DNA from: an uncultured candidate division Zixibacteria bacterium
GTDB lineage: Bacteria; Zixibacteria; MSB-5A5; UBA10806; 4484-95
Direction of reading: 5' to 3'
DNA: 64,000 bases
Assembly (NCBI GenBank): GCA_963668625.2
Contig: CAXXKA010000005.1
Location: forward strand, 32,001-96,000
In this document: positions 10,493 to 21,349 of the stretch, piece after piece
Numbering within the stretch: position 1 is the first letter of the stretch
Layout of the letters: the number at the start of each line of letters is the position of its first letter
Program-made: the position numbers and the translations under genes
Notes under the pieces: model-generated
The model's input: only the letters and a program-made list of their open reading frames with translations
Databases searched by the model: none
What the model was told of the DNA's origin: nothing

Positions 10493-10609
10493 TTAATCTC
10501 CACTACTGCTTTAAAACATATATATCATTTTAATCGATATTTATCGAAATATCACCGAGTAAATATAATTCACTCGATAATTACAAATCTATAAACAATA
10601 ATATATTAT

Positions 10610-10863
10610 CACTAGTGTCCGGTGTTTTTCGGTAAATTTAAAATTTCTCCTTGGAATTGTCAGTGAAAGATATTTTCCGATATAATCATATATTCAGCGC
10701 ATCATGCATCCTTACATTTCCTGCTGATGTTAGGCTTAGTTCCCTGGTTTCCAAGCGCTGCCTGGAAACCTTCTTGAGTCATGTAGAATGCGCATTCTGC
10801 CGTCAAACAAGCCACGTTGCCAAGCAGCGTTTCGCAGCGAGATGGAAAGGCCGGACAGTGGTG
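10610..10863. mobile_element. MITE copy A (254 bp)
   Basis: TIRs CACTAGTGTCCGG / CCGGACAGTGGTG; 9-bp TSD ATATATTAT at 10601-10609 and 10864-10872. Inverted relative to copies B and C. Confidence 0.9.
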
Positions 10864-10897
10864 ATATATTATAAAAGGTTCATCCGCAAAACGGTTT

Positions 10898-11785
10898 TTA
10901 CCATTCGGATTTTTCGATATCCGGCCAATAATCACTTTTCTTGAAATTAACCAGGAATTGAACATAGAACAAATCTTTACCCGGTATTTCATCCGGCCAG
11001 TATTGCATTAATATGGTTTCGGCCTTATCTTTTTTGTTAGCGTAAATATAGTCAAGCATCAAACCCCATAACCGAGCAGGCGGGTATTTATAGTATTCGT
11101 GATCGGGATCGTATTCCTTTTCCACGCGGCGCTTGATCGCTTTTTCCAAATCCTTGATCGCGTTTTTATCGATTTGTTTCAAGAGGTAGTCGCTGAACTT
11201 GAAATTGGCTCCCCGGTATTTGCCGTTATCCCATTTATAGATAACCGTAGGACGGGGAGACTCCGAAAACGGGGCATTCCATTTCAGATAATGAGGATCC
11301 TGAAAGATCAGTTCAGGGATGGAGTCATTGTCGATATCTTTCAACTCGAACTCATCGAATTCCTGAAGATCGAACGTGCCTAAATCCTGAATAGCGGCTT
11401 TGCCAAGCGTGTGAAAAGCTATATGATTACAGCAACCACCCAGACCTGTATGGCCCTGGATTATAATCTCCTCCAGTCCATCACCGTTGATATCTCTGGC
11501 GTAATCGGGTTTTGAGGCTTTTTCACCACCATTGAAATCGTATAGTTCGAGATTTTTACTGGCGGTGTACATCGTTGGGGCGCCATCCAGGTAAAATATC
11601 AATTGCTGGGCTTTATTGCCCCTGGCTATTCCTTTCATTCCGGTGAGTTCATACTTGCCGACAGAGTAATGGTCATCGATAACCAGTGAGTCGATTATCT
11701 CTTTCGCGATCTGGTCCTGGGCGTGAACCATACCCATAGTCAGGCTTAAAACCATCAGTATGGTAATGACTAATGCTTTTCTCAT
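10898..11785 (-). CDS. hypothetical secreted protein
   Basis: Signal peptide (VHA-Q), DINGDG / DIDNDS Ca-loop-like motifs, RBS GAGG. Confidence 0.7.
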   Translation of the reverse strand: MRKALVITILMVLSLTMGMVHAQDQIAKEIIDSLVIDDHYSVGKYELTGMKGIARGNKAQQLIFYLDGAPTMYTASKNLELYDFNGGEKASKPDYARDINGDGLEEIIIQGHTGLGGCCNHIAFHTLGKAAIQDLGTFDLQEFDEFELKDIDNDSIPELIFQDPHYLKWNAPFSESPRPTVIYKWDNGKYRGANFKFSDYLLKQIDKNAIKDLEKAIKRRVEKEYDPDHEYYKYPPARLWGLMLDYIYANKKDKAETILMQYWPDEIPGKDLFYVQFLVNFKKSDYWPDIEKSEW

Positions 11786-11812
11786 CTCTTCCTCACTCCT
11801 GTACTTTTGAAA

Positions 11813-12907
11813 TTAGAATTCACTTATCGGTATCGGTATAAAACAAAGGATGAAAATAGCTATCGTGATAAAGCCAATTATCATCCGCTTATTATCCAGT
11901 GGTATCTCGTCCATTACTGTCGGTGGATGTTTCGGTTTCACTATTATAACCGAAAGCAGCGCCCAGATAAGCCATCCAAGCCAAAAATAAGACAGGATTA
12001 GCAATCCGGCAATCATCACATATGCTATTTTCACCTGAAATTTACCAAACATCGCATACACGATATGCCCGCCATCGAGCTGGCCTATGGGTAGAAGGTT
12101 TAACATGGTGATCAGGAACCCTACCCTGGCCGCAAACGCCATAGGAGTAATTACCGCCATATAGCCATCCGGTGGGGAGGGCTGCACCAGGTGAGTTATC
12201 AAGCTGTAAAGTAGCGAATCGCCCAGGTTTATCAGGCCGGGTGTGTTTAACACCTCCGGTATATAGATGGGATTACTCAAACCCCAGATAGCCAGAGGAA
12301 TGGCCACGACCATGCCCGAGATTGGCCCGGCCGCGCCAACATCGAAAAGTTGCTTGCGGGTGACAAACGGCGATTTAATCCTGATGACCGCTCCCATAGT
12401 CCCTACGAAATTGGGGAAGGGAATAAAGTAAGGCAGGGTGACATTTGCCCCGTGAATACGCGAGGCTATATAATGCCCGAACTCATGGAATAGCAGTATA
12501 GCGATCAGCGAAAACGCGAACGAGCCGCCGGCGCTGATAATTCGTAGAGGTTCCTGCCAGATTATCTCAGGATGGCTGATAAAATCCACGCCTACCGAGC
12601 CGGCGCCAACCAGCAGAGTAGAGATAAGGGTCAGCACGAACAGAACTATATTCAACCAGGGTATCTTTATATTTGAAATCTTGCCGGGTAGCTTAAGCTT
12701 TATCACCACGTTCGGCTCCATCATAACAATTTCCGAATTACCCGGAAGATTCGATATCCGGTTTAATATATCCATCTCGGAAAGCAGCATGAGATCGTTT
12801 GGAGTGCCCCGCATCAGTATTTCCGAACGACTACCGTATACGACATCAATATTGATAACAGGCTCTAATGAGGCTATGTATTGACTTACTATCTCATTAT
12901 TGTTCAT
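11813..12907 (-). CDS. site-2 protease family (M50) membrane metalloprotease
   Basis: HEFGH, AGP and NLLPIGQLDGGH motifs; multiple TM helices. Confidence 0.9.
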   Translation of the reverse strand: MNNNEIVSQYIASLEPVINIDVVYGSRSEILMRGTPNDLMLLSEMDILNRISNLPGNSEIVMMEPNVVIKLKLPGKISNIKIPWLNIVLFVLTLISTLLVGAGSVGVDFISHPEIIWQEPLRIISAGGSFAFSLIAILLFHEFGHYIASRIHGANVTLPYFIPFPNFVGTMGAVIRIKSPFVTRKQLFDVGAAGPISGMVVAIPLAIWGLSNPIYIPEVLNTPGLINLGDSLLYSLITHLVQPSPPDGYMAVITPMAFAARVGFLITMLNLLPIGQLDGGHIVYAMFGKFQVKIAYVMIAGLLILSYFWLGWLIWALLSVIIVKPKHPPTVMDEIPLDNKRMIIGFITIAIFILCFIPIPISEF

Positions 12908-12911
12908 TATA

Positions 12912-14069
12912 TTACTTTAACCACTTCATTCTATAGTTTATATCTTCAGAGGTTGCCTCAAGGCCGAAATCAAGCATAAATATCTCATATGACTCGACGC
13001 CGTCCCGTACTATCATATATGAATAAGCGATCTTTGTTCCATCAGGTGATATCGCCAAATAATATTTTAAACCGCTATCGAATGTCAAAGTATAGTCCTG
13101 ATCATTTTTCATATAATGTATATTTGAGTTCCTATTATCACCTGAGATGAAGGCAAACTCCTTACTTTTTACAGTCGCCGGATAATACGAACCCTCGGAC
13201 ATGAAAGTTTTACGCACGTTTGTCAATATCTCCACTTTTTCGCCATCGACTGGAATACTGTACACGTTTTTCGTAAACTTGCCGTTTGAAAAACCGGCCT
13301 CGAACATTATAACGCCCGCGTTTGCAGAGATATTTTGAATAAGAGGCAGGGGTCGTTTAAAGCTTAACAGGCTTTCGTTATCGAAAATAACTGTCTCGAT
13401 ATGATTCCGCCAATCCTTGTACACCAGAACTCCCTTAGCTGTATTGTAGGTAATCACACCATCCAAAAGCGGGCAATAAGAGCCTCCGGATAATTCACAA
13501 CATTCGGTGATCGTCCCGAGTTCCATATCATATAAGTACAGCTTCTTCAAGCTGCCAGGTGATTGCCCGGCGCTCTGGTTTACAAGAAAGTAGAAACTAT
13601 TGTCACCGTTGAAGCGCGGTTTATATGGATTATCAATATCCATCTCAGGCAGGATTTCTACTTTCGTTTCCAGGTCATATATCACGATCCTCGATGATAA
13701 TTTCTCATAATCGTTAAAAAAGCCGTCATCCAGGCTGATAGCTGAGGTGTCACGCGCTAATATCAATCGGTTTCCGGAGGGCGAAAATCCGCCGACCCGA
13801 TCGGCAAACACATTATCTGTGATCCTGACCAGGCTGTAATTTCCTCCCAGCATCGTTGCCGCAGGGGCCAGAAGCGTAGAATCTTTCTCGAGCTGCCTCG
13901 ATATCTCAACTGCCGCATAGCCGAAATTACCCTCATCAATATGTTTTTGCGCGAACATCAGTTTCTCCGGCGGTGATTGCACCAGTAGTCGCTCATCGGG
14001 GATACCCTGCGCGTTAACGATAGAGAAAGCGAATAATATCAGGATAAGGGCTTTCACTGGACTTATCAT
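12912..14069 (-). CDS. secreted TolB-like/PD40 beta-propeller protein
   Basis: Signal peptide MISPVKALILILFAFSIVNA; FSPSGNR and ISPDGTKIAY motifs. Confidence 0.65.
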   Translation of the reverse strand: MISPVKALILILFAFSIVNAQGIPDERLLVQSPPEKLMFAQKHIDEGNFGYAAVEISRQLEKDSTLLAPAATMLGGNYSLVRITDNVFADRVGGFSPSGNRLILARDTSAISLDDGFFNDYEKLSSRIVIYDLETKVEILPEMDIDNPYKPRFNGDNSFYFLVNQSAGQSPGSLKKLYLYDMELGTITECCELSGGSYCPLLDGVITYNTAKGVLVYKDWRNHIETVIFDNESLLSFKRPLPLIQNISANAGVIMFEAGFSNGKFTKNVYSIPVDGEKVEILTNVRKTFMSEGSYYPATVKSKEFAFISGDNRNSNIHYMKNDQDYTLTFDSGLKYYLAISPDGTKIAYSYMIVRDGVESYEIFMLDFGLEATSEDINYRMKWLK

Positions 14070-14229
14070 ATCAGTATACCTGAACATCCAACTCAAACAT
14101 ATCTTAATATTAATAAATAACTTATCAGAATTCTACCGGAATTTTGATTTTCCTATCTCAAACACCTATTTTGTATCAACAGAGAATTGGTTTACTCCTT
14201 ATCAGCATTGAACTTATACAATACTTTCA

Positions 14230-14258
14230 TTGACAATCCGTTACTTATTGTTTATTAT
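14230..14258 (+). promoter_or_regulatory. sigma70-type promoter
   Basis: TTGACA-N17-TATTAT upstream of the 14363 gene. Confidence 0.6.
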
Positions 14259-14362
14259 ATTGTATACGCTTCAAGAGGAAAGTTGTTGAACTACGGATTT
14301 TTTAATAATGCGAGACGTCCTTACTAATCGATTAATTATTTAAATATTAAAGATAGGGTGTT

Positions 14363-16531
14363 ATGATGAAAAATGTATTGATTGCCGCCGCCTGTTTATT
14401 ATTGATTTCAACTTCGTTATTCGCTCGAACATCATTTGATGAATTCGAATATTTCCATCCCCGGAATAACGCAACATTAGTATCCAGAGCCACCAATATC
14501 GTGATCCGGCAGGGAGCGCTTTTGGAACGAAATTCGGAATTCTCCAACATCGCTAAAATAACCGGCTCCGAAAGCGGAGAACATACTTATACTGCTGTTA
14601 TCTCGGATGATGACAAATCGCTGGTAATCATGCCCGAACACGAATTTATACCCGGTGAGGTCGTTAACGTGACCTTACATTCCGGATTGAAAGCACAGGA
14701 TAAAAGCGAGCTTTCGAGCTTGAACTGGAGTTTCACAATTTCTCCCCGGACCGAGCATATATCAGCACAGAGCATCTTATATGAACTGGAAGATTTGCCG
14801 GAAACATTTGATAATGGTGATGAAGGTAATGAGGGTAATGATGGGGGGACTGATCCCGCCTCGTTTACCAGGCAGAAACCGCCTAAACAGGGGGACAAAG
14901 TCACCCGCAATGGCGTTTCGTTACCCTCCGATTTCCCCGATATAACGGTGACAACCTCTGATGACCCTGATTCGGGTTATATTTTTCTTTCTAATTTCTA
15001 CGGCTCGGATGTTCAATACAATATGATTTTGGATAACAACGGCGACCCGGTTTATTATCATCGCGTACCCGAGAACACTTTCGATTTTAAAAAACAACCA
15101 AATGGTTTACTTACCTATTATACTTATTGGACATACCAGTTCTACGCTATGGATTCGACCTACACCGTGGTCGACTCGTTCCAATGCGGCAACGGTTACG
15201 AGATGGATACCGATCCGCATGATTGCCAGATATGGGATAACGGTCATGTTATGGTTATCGCGTATGATGGCCAAACTATCGATATGCGAGAGTATGAGGG
15301 CTGCGGTATGCCTAATGCCCTGGTCTTCGGCTTGATAATTCAAGAACTCGATACCGAGAAAAACGTAGTCTGGGAATGGCGCTCATGGGATCATTTCGAG
15401 ATCACCGATGCCACCTGGGATATCAATCTCTGCAACACCCGTATCGACTATGTTCATGGCAATGCGGTTGAATTGGATTACGATGGCAACCTGCTGTTAT
15501 CGAGCCGCAACCTGGATGAGGTAACGAAGATAGATCGGACCACCGGCGATATCATCTGGCGCTGGGGGGGCGAGAACAACATGTTTACTACGATTAACGA
15601 TACCCGTCCTTTCTCTCATCAGCATGATATCCGTCGCCTGCCAAATGGACATGTAACGCTATACGATAACGGCAATCTCAATGATCCTTTCTATTCACGA
15701 GCGCTCGAATACGAACTGGATGAGGTTAACCTCACCGCCACCCTGATCTGGGAGTACCGTCAAACCCCCGATGTTGCAGCCGGCGTAATGGGCAACACTC
15801 AGCGTCTGGCCAGTGGGCACACGGTCATAGGCTGGGGCTCGGCGCATCCGAATGTGACCGAACTAAACGAACTGGGCGAGAAGGAATTCGAGATGAGTTT
15901 CAATCCCAGCGTCATTAGCTATCGTGCCTTCAGATTCCCCTGGCACGGCGTAGCGGCCCGGCCTTACCTGATAGCGGAGGAAATCGATACCGGCAGACAT
16001 TTGGTGTTTAATAAATTCGGTGATGATTCAGTCGATCGCTACTATATTTTTGCCGATAGTCTGCCCGAACCCACAACTATTTACGATTCTACCGAAAACT
16101 CCTGGTATGATATGGTCAATATGTTAAGTGGTCATTATTACGTTCGCGTGGCAGCTGTAGATTCTTTAGGTAATGTCGGCGAATATTCCAACGAGGTCGA
16201 TTTCGACCATATAGTCGCATTAATGTATCTGCCGGGAGATGCGAACATGGCGCTTGGAGAATGGCCGCCTGTGGTAACCTCCGCGGATGTTTCCTACCTG
16301 GTGAATTATTTCCGGGGACGGCCAATTAACGCCCCATGTAACATGTACGGCCTTTTCGTTTCGGCGGATGTCAACGGTGATTGTCGGACTATAGGAGCTG
16401 ATATAACCTGCATGGTAAATTATTTTCGAGGACGGTATAGCCTGATATTTTGCCCCGATTTGAACACCTTATGGCCGACAAGAGATTATCTACCGTATGG
16501 CAGGCCTCATGATTGGCCCAATTGTGAATAA
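14363..16531 (+). CDS. aryl-sulfate sulfotransferase (ASST) family protein with Ig-like, FN3 and C-terminal dockerin-like domains
   Basis: DPHD, DYVHGNA, LSSRNL, FSHQHD, YDNGN and SYRAFR motifs; C-terminal PGDAN...ADVSYLVNYF / ADVNGDC repeat. Confidence 0.85.
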   Translation: MMKNVLIAAACLLLISTSLFARTSFDEFEYFHPRNNATLVSRATNIVIRQGALLERNSEFSNIAKITGSESGEHTYTAVISDDDKSLVIMPEHEFIPGEVVNVTLHSGLKAQDKSELSSLNWSFTISPRTEHISAQSILYELEDLPETFDNGDEGNEGNDGGTDPASFTRQKPPKQGDKVTRNGVSLPSDFPDITVTTSDDPDSGYIFLSNFYGSDVQYNMILDNNGDPVYYHRVPENTFDFKKQPNGLLTYYTYWTYQFYAMDSTYTVVDSFQCGNGYEMDTDPHDCQIWDNGHVMVIAYDGQTIDMREYEGCGMPNALVFGLIIQELDTEKNVVWEWRSWDHFEITDATWDINLCNTRIDYVHGNAVELDYDGNLLLSSRNLDEVTKIDRTTGDIIWRWGGENNMFTTINDTRPFSHQHDIRRLPNGHVTLYDNGNLNDPFYSRALEYELDEVNLTATLIWEYRQTPDVAAGVMGNTQRLASGHTVIGWGSAHPNVTELNELGEKEFEMSFNPSVISYRAFRFPWHGVAARPYLIAEEIDTGRHLVFNKFGDDSVDRYYIFADSLPEPTTIYDSTENSWYDMVNMLSGHYYVRVAAVDSLGNVGEYSNEVDFDHIVALMYLPGDANMALGEWPPVVTSADVSYLVNYFRGRPINAPCNMYGLFVSADVNGDCRTIGADITCMVNYFRGRYSLIFCPDLNTLWPTRDYLPYGRPHDWPNCE

Positions 16532-16562
16532 ATGAGTGGTTGTCATCGTTAAGCTTCAATAA

Positions 16563-16817
16563 CACTACTGTCCGGCTTTTCCATCTCGTTGCGAAGCGCT
16601 GCTTCTCAACGTGGCTTGTTTGCCGGCAGAATGCGCATTCTACATGACTCAAGAAGGTTTCCAAGCAGCGCTTGGAAACCAGGAAACTAAGCCTAACATC
16701 AGCAGGACATGTCAGGGTGCATGATAAGCTGAATATAATAATTATATCGGAAAATATTTTTCACTAACAATTCCAAGGAGAAATATAAAAATTAGCGAAA
16801 AACACCGGACACTAGTG
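16563..16817. mobile_element. MITE copy B (255 bp)
   Basis: TIRs CACTACTGTCCGG / CCGGACACTAGTG; 9-bp TSD CTTCAATAA at 16554-16562 and 16818-16826. Confidence 0.92.
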
Positions 16818-16932
16818 CTTCAATAATTAATCTATAATATTGTTGACAAAGTTTTTCAATTAGATAAATTACTTTTACAAAACTGTTGAATCTACAGTAT
16901 AAAATCAATACAATAGTGCCAAAAAACGAGAG

Positions 16933-19900
16933 GTGTTCATGCGGAAATACATCATTTTGATATTACTTGTTATAATCTCAACTACGGTTTCTGCTGCTGA
17001 TATCTACAAACAGGTGCGAGTAACGGATTTCGATAGACAGGCTATTGAGAAACTCGCTGTTTATGATATTGTCTTCGTAAAACCCGGCGAGTATATCGAT
17101 ATCGTATTGAATGAGATGGAATTCGAGGAGTTTGATCGCCTGGCCGTTAACTATGAGATAATCCATGATGATCTTACCTCTTTCTATATGAACCGTATTC
17201 CTATGGGTACCACTATGGGCGGATTTCATACATACACCGAAACAATGGCGGCTTTAGATTCGCTATCTACCGCATATCCAGCCCTGGTTACAGTTAAATC
17301 TTCCATTGGCAGTACCCATGACGGCAATCAGCTCTGGGTGGTCAAGGTATCTGATAATCCCTACGTAGATGAGGACGAACCCGAGATATTCATAAACGGG
17401 CTGCATCATGCCCGCGAGCCTATCACCGTCGAGGTCTGTATCGAGTATATAAGAACATTGGCGAAAAACTACGGTACCGATAGCGAGATAACCGATCTGG
17501 TCAATAACAACGAGTTTTTTATCATGCCGATAGCCAATCCTGATGGCTACGAGTATAACCGTCAAACCAACCCCTCTGGCGGGGGAATGTGGCGGAAGAA
17601 CCGCAAAAATAATGGTGATGGCTACTATGGAGTCGATCTCAATCGCAATTATCCTTATCACTGGGGGTACGATAACTCCGGCTCATCCGGATCGACTTAC
17701 AGTGATACCTATCGCGGCGACAGCCCCGGTTCGGAACCGGAAACTCAGGCTTTGATGGATTTCATTATCGATCACGATTTCGCCTGGATAATGAATTTCC
17801 ATTCATATGCCAGCATTACCATCTGGTCGTGGAATTACTATTACGGCTTATGCGAGGATGATGATATGTATTGGGAGTTGTTCGGGAATTATGCCGAGGA
17901 TACGCTTGGCTATGATGCCGGTACCGCCTGGCAGCTTTTATATACAACCAACGGTGATGCCAACGATTGGGCATATGGCGAACGCATAGAAAAGCCGAAA
18001 ACTTTCGCTATAACCACAGAGATCGGCAACAGCGCGGATGGTTTCTGGCCCGAGCAGGCTCGCATCCCGGTACTTGTCGCGGAAAACATCGAGGCTCTCA
18101 AAAATTTCTCGCATAAAGCATACGAAATATATAAGCTGCGTCAACCATCGATACCCGAAATAATCTCACCTGATTACGCCCCAACGGGTCAGCAGTTCTA
18201 TATTCACTGGCATACCGATGAAATCGATACGTTTAACACAGCGATAGATTACCAGGTGATAGAACGCACGGGTTACAGGCGAAACACCAACGACTGCGAG
18301 TCCATTGGCGATTTCACGCTGGATAATTTCATGCTTAACTCATCACGACAATACAGCGGCAGCTACTCGTTATTCTCCGGCTCGGGGGATGAGTATCGTG
18401 CGACAGGGACGATGCTCAACAGGATTCTGGTCGAACCGGGTGATACGCTGACTTTCCGCACCTGGTACGATATCGAAACCGATTGGGACTATGCCTACGT
18501 AGAGGCCTCGAATGACGGCGGCGCCACATGGTACCCGCTCGATGGTAACCTGTCGACCTCGACAAACCCAAACAACCATAATGAGGGACACGGCATAACC
18601 GGCAGTTCCTCGGGCTGGGTTTTGGCTAAGTACTATATTGATGATTATATCGGGCAAGAGATCACTATCAGGTTCCGTTACTGGACCGACCATAATACTA
18701 CGAATGAGGGATTTTATGTCGATGAGATTTATCCTAATGATGAATACGAAAACACGAATATCCTCACCACCAGCGTAACCGCCGAAAGCCTGCTGGTTGG
18801 GCCATACTCGGAGGATACGCGTTATTTTCAGGTTGCCGGCAGGGATGACAGGGGAGACCTGTCTTATTTGTCGAATAGATTCGTTGTCGTAATCGAAAGT
18901 GGCACGATTTATCTTTCCGGTAGTGTTAGTCTTTCGGATAGCCCGGCCGATCTATCCGGTTCGATCGTATCAATAGCGCCAGCCGGCAAAGCCGACACGG
19001 CCGATGTTGGAGGGAATTATATCATTTACGATATTCCCGAGGGTACTTATGATATCACAGCCTCGCATCCCGGTTACTATGATTCGACCGTAACCGGTTT
19101 GTATATCGATGCCGCAACCACGCTAAATTTCGAACTGGAGAGGGAACCTCTGGCTGCCCCCGAGTTGATAGCGCCCGTAAATGATGATAAGCTGACAAAC
19201 TCAAGCGTATATTTCAACTGGTCTGATATCACATACGCCACCGGTTATATTATCGAAATAGCCGAGGACCCGGATTTCGTAAGTGTTATAGAATTCGATT
19301 CCAGCTTATCGGTCTCGGAATACACCGCCGCTTATTTGCCTAACAATCGGTATTACTGGAGAGTTTCGGCATTCGATCTATCTCAGTTTTCACTTAATTC
19401 GAGTATTCAAACATTTTCCGTACAGGTTGCCTGGTCTGCCTCACCGCCTCTGTTGGATCAACCGGAAAACGGCTATACTACTACGGCTACGACAATGAAT
19501 TTTATCTGGTATGAGGTTACCTCAGCAGTAAATTATCTTATAGAGATCGCTGCTGATGATATATTTAACTCAATCGTTAATTACGATTCGACTATAACCG
19601 GTGGAATATATAGCGCAGATTTCAGCGTCGGTAATACCTACTGGTGGCGGGTAAAAGCCTCCAATTCAGGCAATGCCTGGACTGATTACTCCGAAATCAG
19701 GAGTTTCACTATTGATGGTGATCCTCAATTTTTGCCGGGTGATGCCAACGGTGATGGCAGAGTAATTGGTGCGGATGTCACCTATCTGGTTGGCTATTTC
19801 CGTGCGATTAATCCCGCTCCGGAACCGTTTCTTGCCGGTGATGCCAATGGCGATTGCGCTGTAATAGGCTCTGACATTACATATCTGGTAAATTATTTCC

Positions 19901-19992
19901 GTGGTATCGGTTCGGCTCCTTTTAGAGGTGATTGCGAGCCTTTGATTAATTTTATAGGTAGTCCTGCCGAAGATTTAATTAATGGTAAATAG
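16933..19992 (+). CDS. M14 zinc carboxypeptidase (carboxypeptidase T-like) with InhA-like, CarboxypepD_reg, FN3-like and dockerin-like domains
   Basis: HHARE, WRKNR, GVDLNRNY, SEPETQA, FHSY and TTEIG motifs; WYDIETDWDYAYVE; C-terminal duplicated GDANGD. ATG 16939 is an alternative start. Confidence 0.9.
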   Translation: MFMRKYIILILLVIISTTVSAADIYKQVRVTDFDRQAIEKLAVYDIVFVKPGEYIDIVLNEMEFEEFDRLAVNYEIIHDDLTSFYMNRIPMGTTMGGFHTYTETMAALDSLSTAYPALVTVKSSIGSTHDGNQLWVVKVSDNPYVDEDEPEIFINGLHHAREPITVEVCIEYIRTLAKNYGTDSEITDLVNNNEFFIMPIANPDGYEYNRQTNPSGGGMWRKNRKNNGDGYYGVDLNRNYPYHWGYDNSGSSGSTYSDTYRGDSPGSEPETQALMDFIIDHDFAWIMNFHSYASITIWSWNYYYGLCEDDDMYWELFGNYAEDTLGYDAGTAWQLLYTTNGDANDWAYGERIEKPKTFAITTEIGNSADGFWPEQARIPVLVAENIEALKNFSHKAYEIYKLRQPSIPEIISPDYAPTGQQFYIHWHTDEIDTFNTAIDYQVIERTGYRRNTNDCESIGDFTLDNFMLNSSRQYSGSYSLFSGSGDEYRATGTMLNRILVEPGDTLTFRTWYDIETDWDYAYVEASNDGGATWYPLDGNLSTSTNPNNHNEGHGITGSSSGWVLAKYYIDDYIGQEITIRFRYWTDHNTTNEGFYVDEIYPNDEYENTNILTTSVTAESLLVGPYSEDTRYFQVAGRDDRGDLSYLSNRFVVVIESGTIYLSGSVSLSDSPADLSGSIVSIAPAGKADTADVGGNYIIYDIPEGTYDITASHPGYYDSTVTGLYIDAATTLNFELEREPLAAPELIAPVNDDKLTNSSVYFNWSDITYATGYIIEIAEDPDFVSVIEFDSSLSVSEYTAAYLPNNRYYWRVSAFDLSQFSLNSSIQTFSVQVAWSASPPLLDQPENGYTTTATTMNFIWYEVTSAVNYLIEIAADDIFNSIVNYDSTITGGIYSADFSVGNTYWWRVKASNSGNAWTDYSEIRSFTIDGDPQFLPGDANGDGRVIGADVTYLVGYFRAINPAPEPFLAGDANGDCAVIGSDITYLVNYFRGIGSAPFRGDCEPLINFIGSPAEDLINGK

Positions 19993-21349
19993 CGATTTAT
20001 TGACACCCTTCCCGGGAGATGACGACGATCGAATCGTAGGCGAAAGCGACCTGGCGAGCGAATTAAGCCGTTTAAGTGATGCTAACAAACGCCTCAGGAG
20101 AAAAATATTCGATCACTATACCGTTTTTGAGATATCCCGCCATCTATCCTCGATGCTCGATACCGAATCGCTTATCGATGCTATTCTGCTAACCTGTTTG
20201 GGGCAGATGGGCGTGGAAAGCGCTGTGATTTTCCTTACCGACAACGATATGCAATACCTGAAAAATCCCCATATGAAAGGAATTGAAAACGATAATCTGA
20301 ATCGTATTAGAATCAATTATAGCAGCTCTCTGATAAAGCATCTACAGCAGTCCGGCAAACCAATGACAACGATCGAACTGACAGGGCATTTCAAGGATGA
20401 TATCGGTTTGATGGAGCTGATCAAGTATCTCGATATCAAATTAGCAGCGCCGCTTTTGATGAAGGACAGGCTTTTAGGTATCCTGTTTTTACCCCGCAAG
20501 ATGTCGAATGCCAACTATTACGAGAATGATCTCGAGTTTCTATCACTTCTAATGAATCAACTCTCGGTCGCCCTGGAAAACGCCCAGCTTTACGAGCGCG
20601 AACGCGATATAAACGAACAACTTCAGCAAACACAAAAACTCCTGGTTGAAACCGAGAAGATGGCCGCTCTGGGTAAACTCTCGGCCTCGATTGCGCACGA
20701 GGTTAATAATCCGTTGGGGATTATCAGTAACTATCTCCAAATACTCTCCATGCGCAAAGTCCCCGAGGATTTATACGATAACTACATCAAAATCCTCAAA
20801 GAGGAGGTAAACCGCATTGCCGGTATCGTTCGCCAATTGCTGGCGTTCTACAGACCTCATCAACAGCAAATGGCAATAATTGATATAAACAAGGTAATCG
20901 CCGAATCCCTGACATTGCTGTCGAACCAGCTTTCTAACGCCAATATCAATGTCATGCTCGATACCAAACAAGATTTGCCTAAAATACTGGGCTCATCCGA
21001 AAAATTAAAACAGGTATTACTGAATTTAATAATGAACGCTAAAGATTTTATGCAAAAAGGCGGCGATATCTCTATCGTTGCCAGGAAAACAGCCGAGGAT
21101 ATAGTTATAGATGTTAAAGACACCGGAACGGGTATCGCCGAAAGTAATTTTAGCGTGCTTTTCGAGCCGTTTTTTACCACTAAACAAAAAGAGGGTACAG
21201 GCCTGGGGCTGGCCGTGTGTTATGGCATAATCAAATCGCACAAGGGAACAATTACCGCCTCAAATAACGAAAAAGGCGGTGCGACATTCACCATTAAACT
21301 ACCAATAGTAAATGAAGATGATGCAACCAACGAAAATTTTATTAATTGA
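19982..21349 (+). CDS. GAF-domain sensor histidine kinase
   Basis: GAF domain, then AHEVNNPL, NLIMNA, DTGTGI, FFTTK and GTGLGL. Confidence 0.92.
   Translation: MVNSDLLTPFPGDDDDRIVGESDLASELSRLSDANKRLRRKIFDHYTVFEISRHLSSMLDTESLIDAILLTCLGQMGVESAVIFLTDNDMQYLKNPHMKGIENDNLNRIRINYSSSLIKHLQQSGKPMTTIELTGHFKDDIGLMELIKYLDIKLAAPLLMKDRLLGILFLPRKMSNANYYENDLEFLSLLMNQLSVALENAQLYERERDINEQLQQTQKLLVETEKMAALGKLSASIAHEVNNPLGIISNYLQILSMRKVPEDLYDNYIKILKEEVNRIAGIVRQLLAFYRPHQQQMAIIDINKVIAESLTLLSNQLSNANINVMLDTKQDLPKILGSSEKLKQVLLNLIMNAKDFMQKGGDISIVARKTAEDIVIDVKDTGTGIAESNFSVLFEPFFTTKQKEGTGLGLAVCYGIIKSHKGTITASNNEKGGATFTIKLPIVNEDDATNENFIN

Noticed and set aside
10651-16664. Similar small ORFs at 10651-10944, 10702-10992 and 16389-16664
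   Set aside because: They are read-throughs of MITE sequence with no RBS or transposase motifs.
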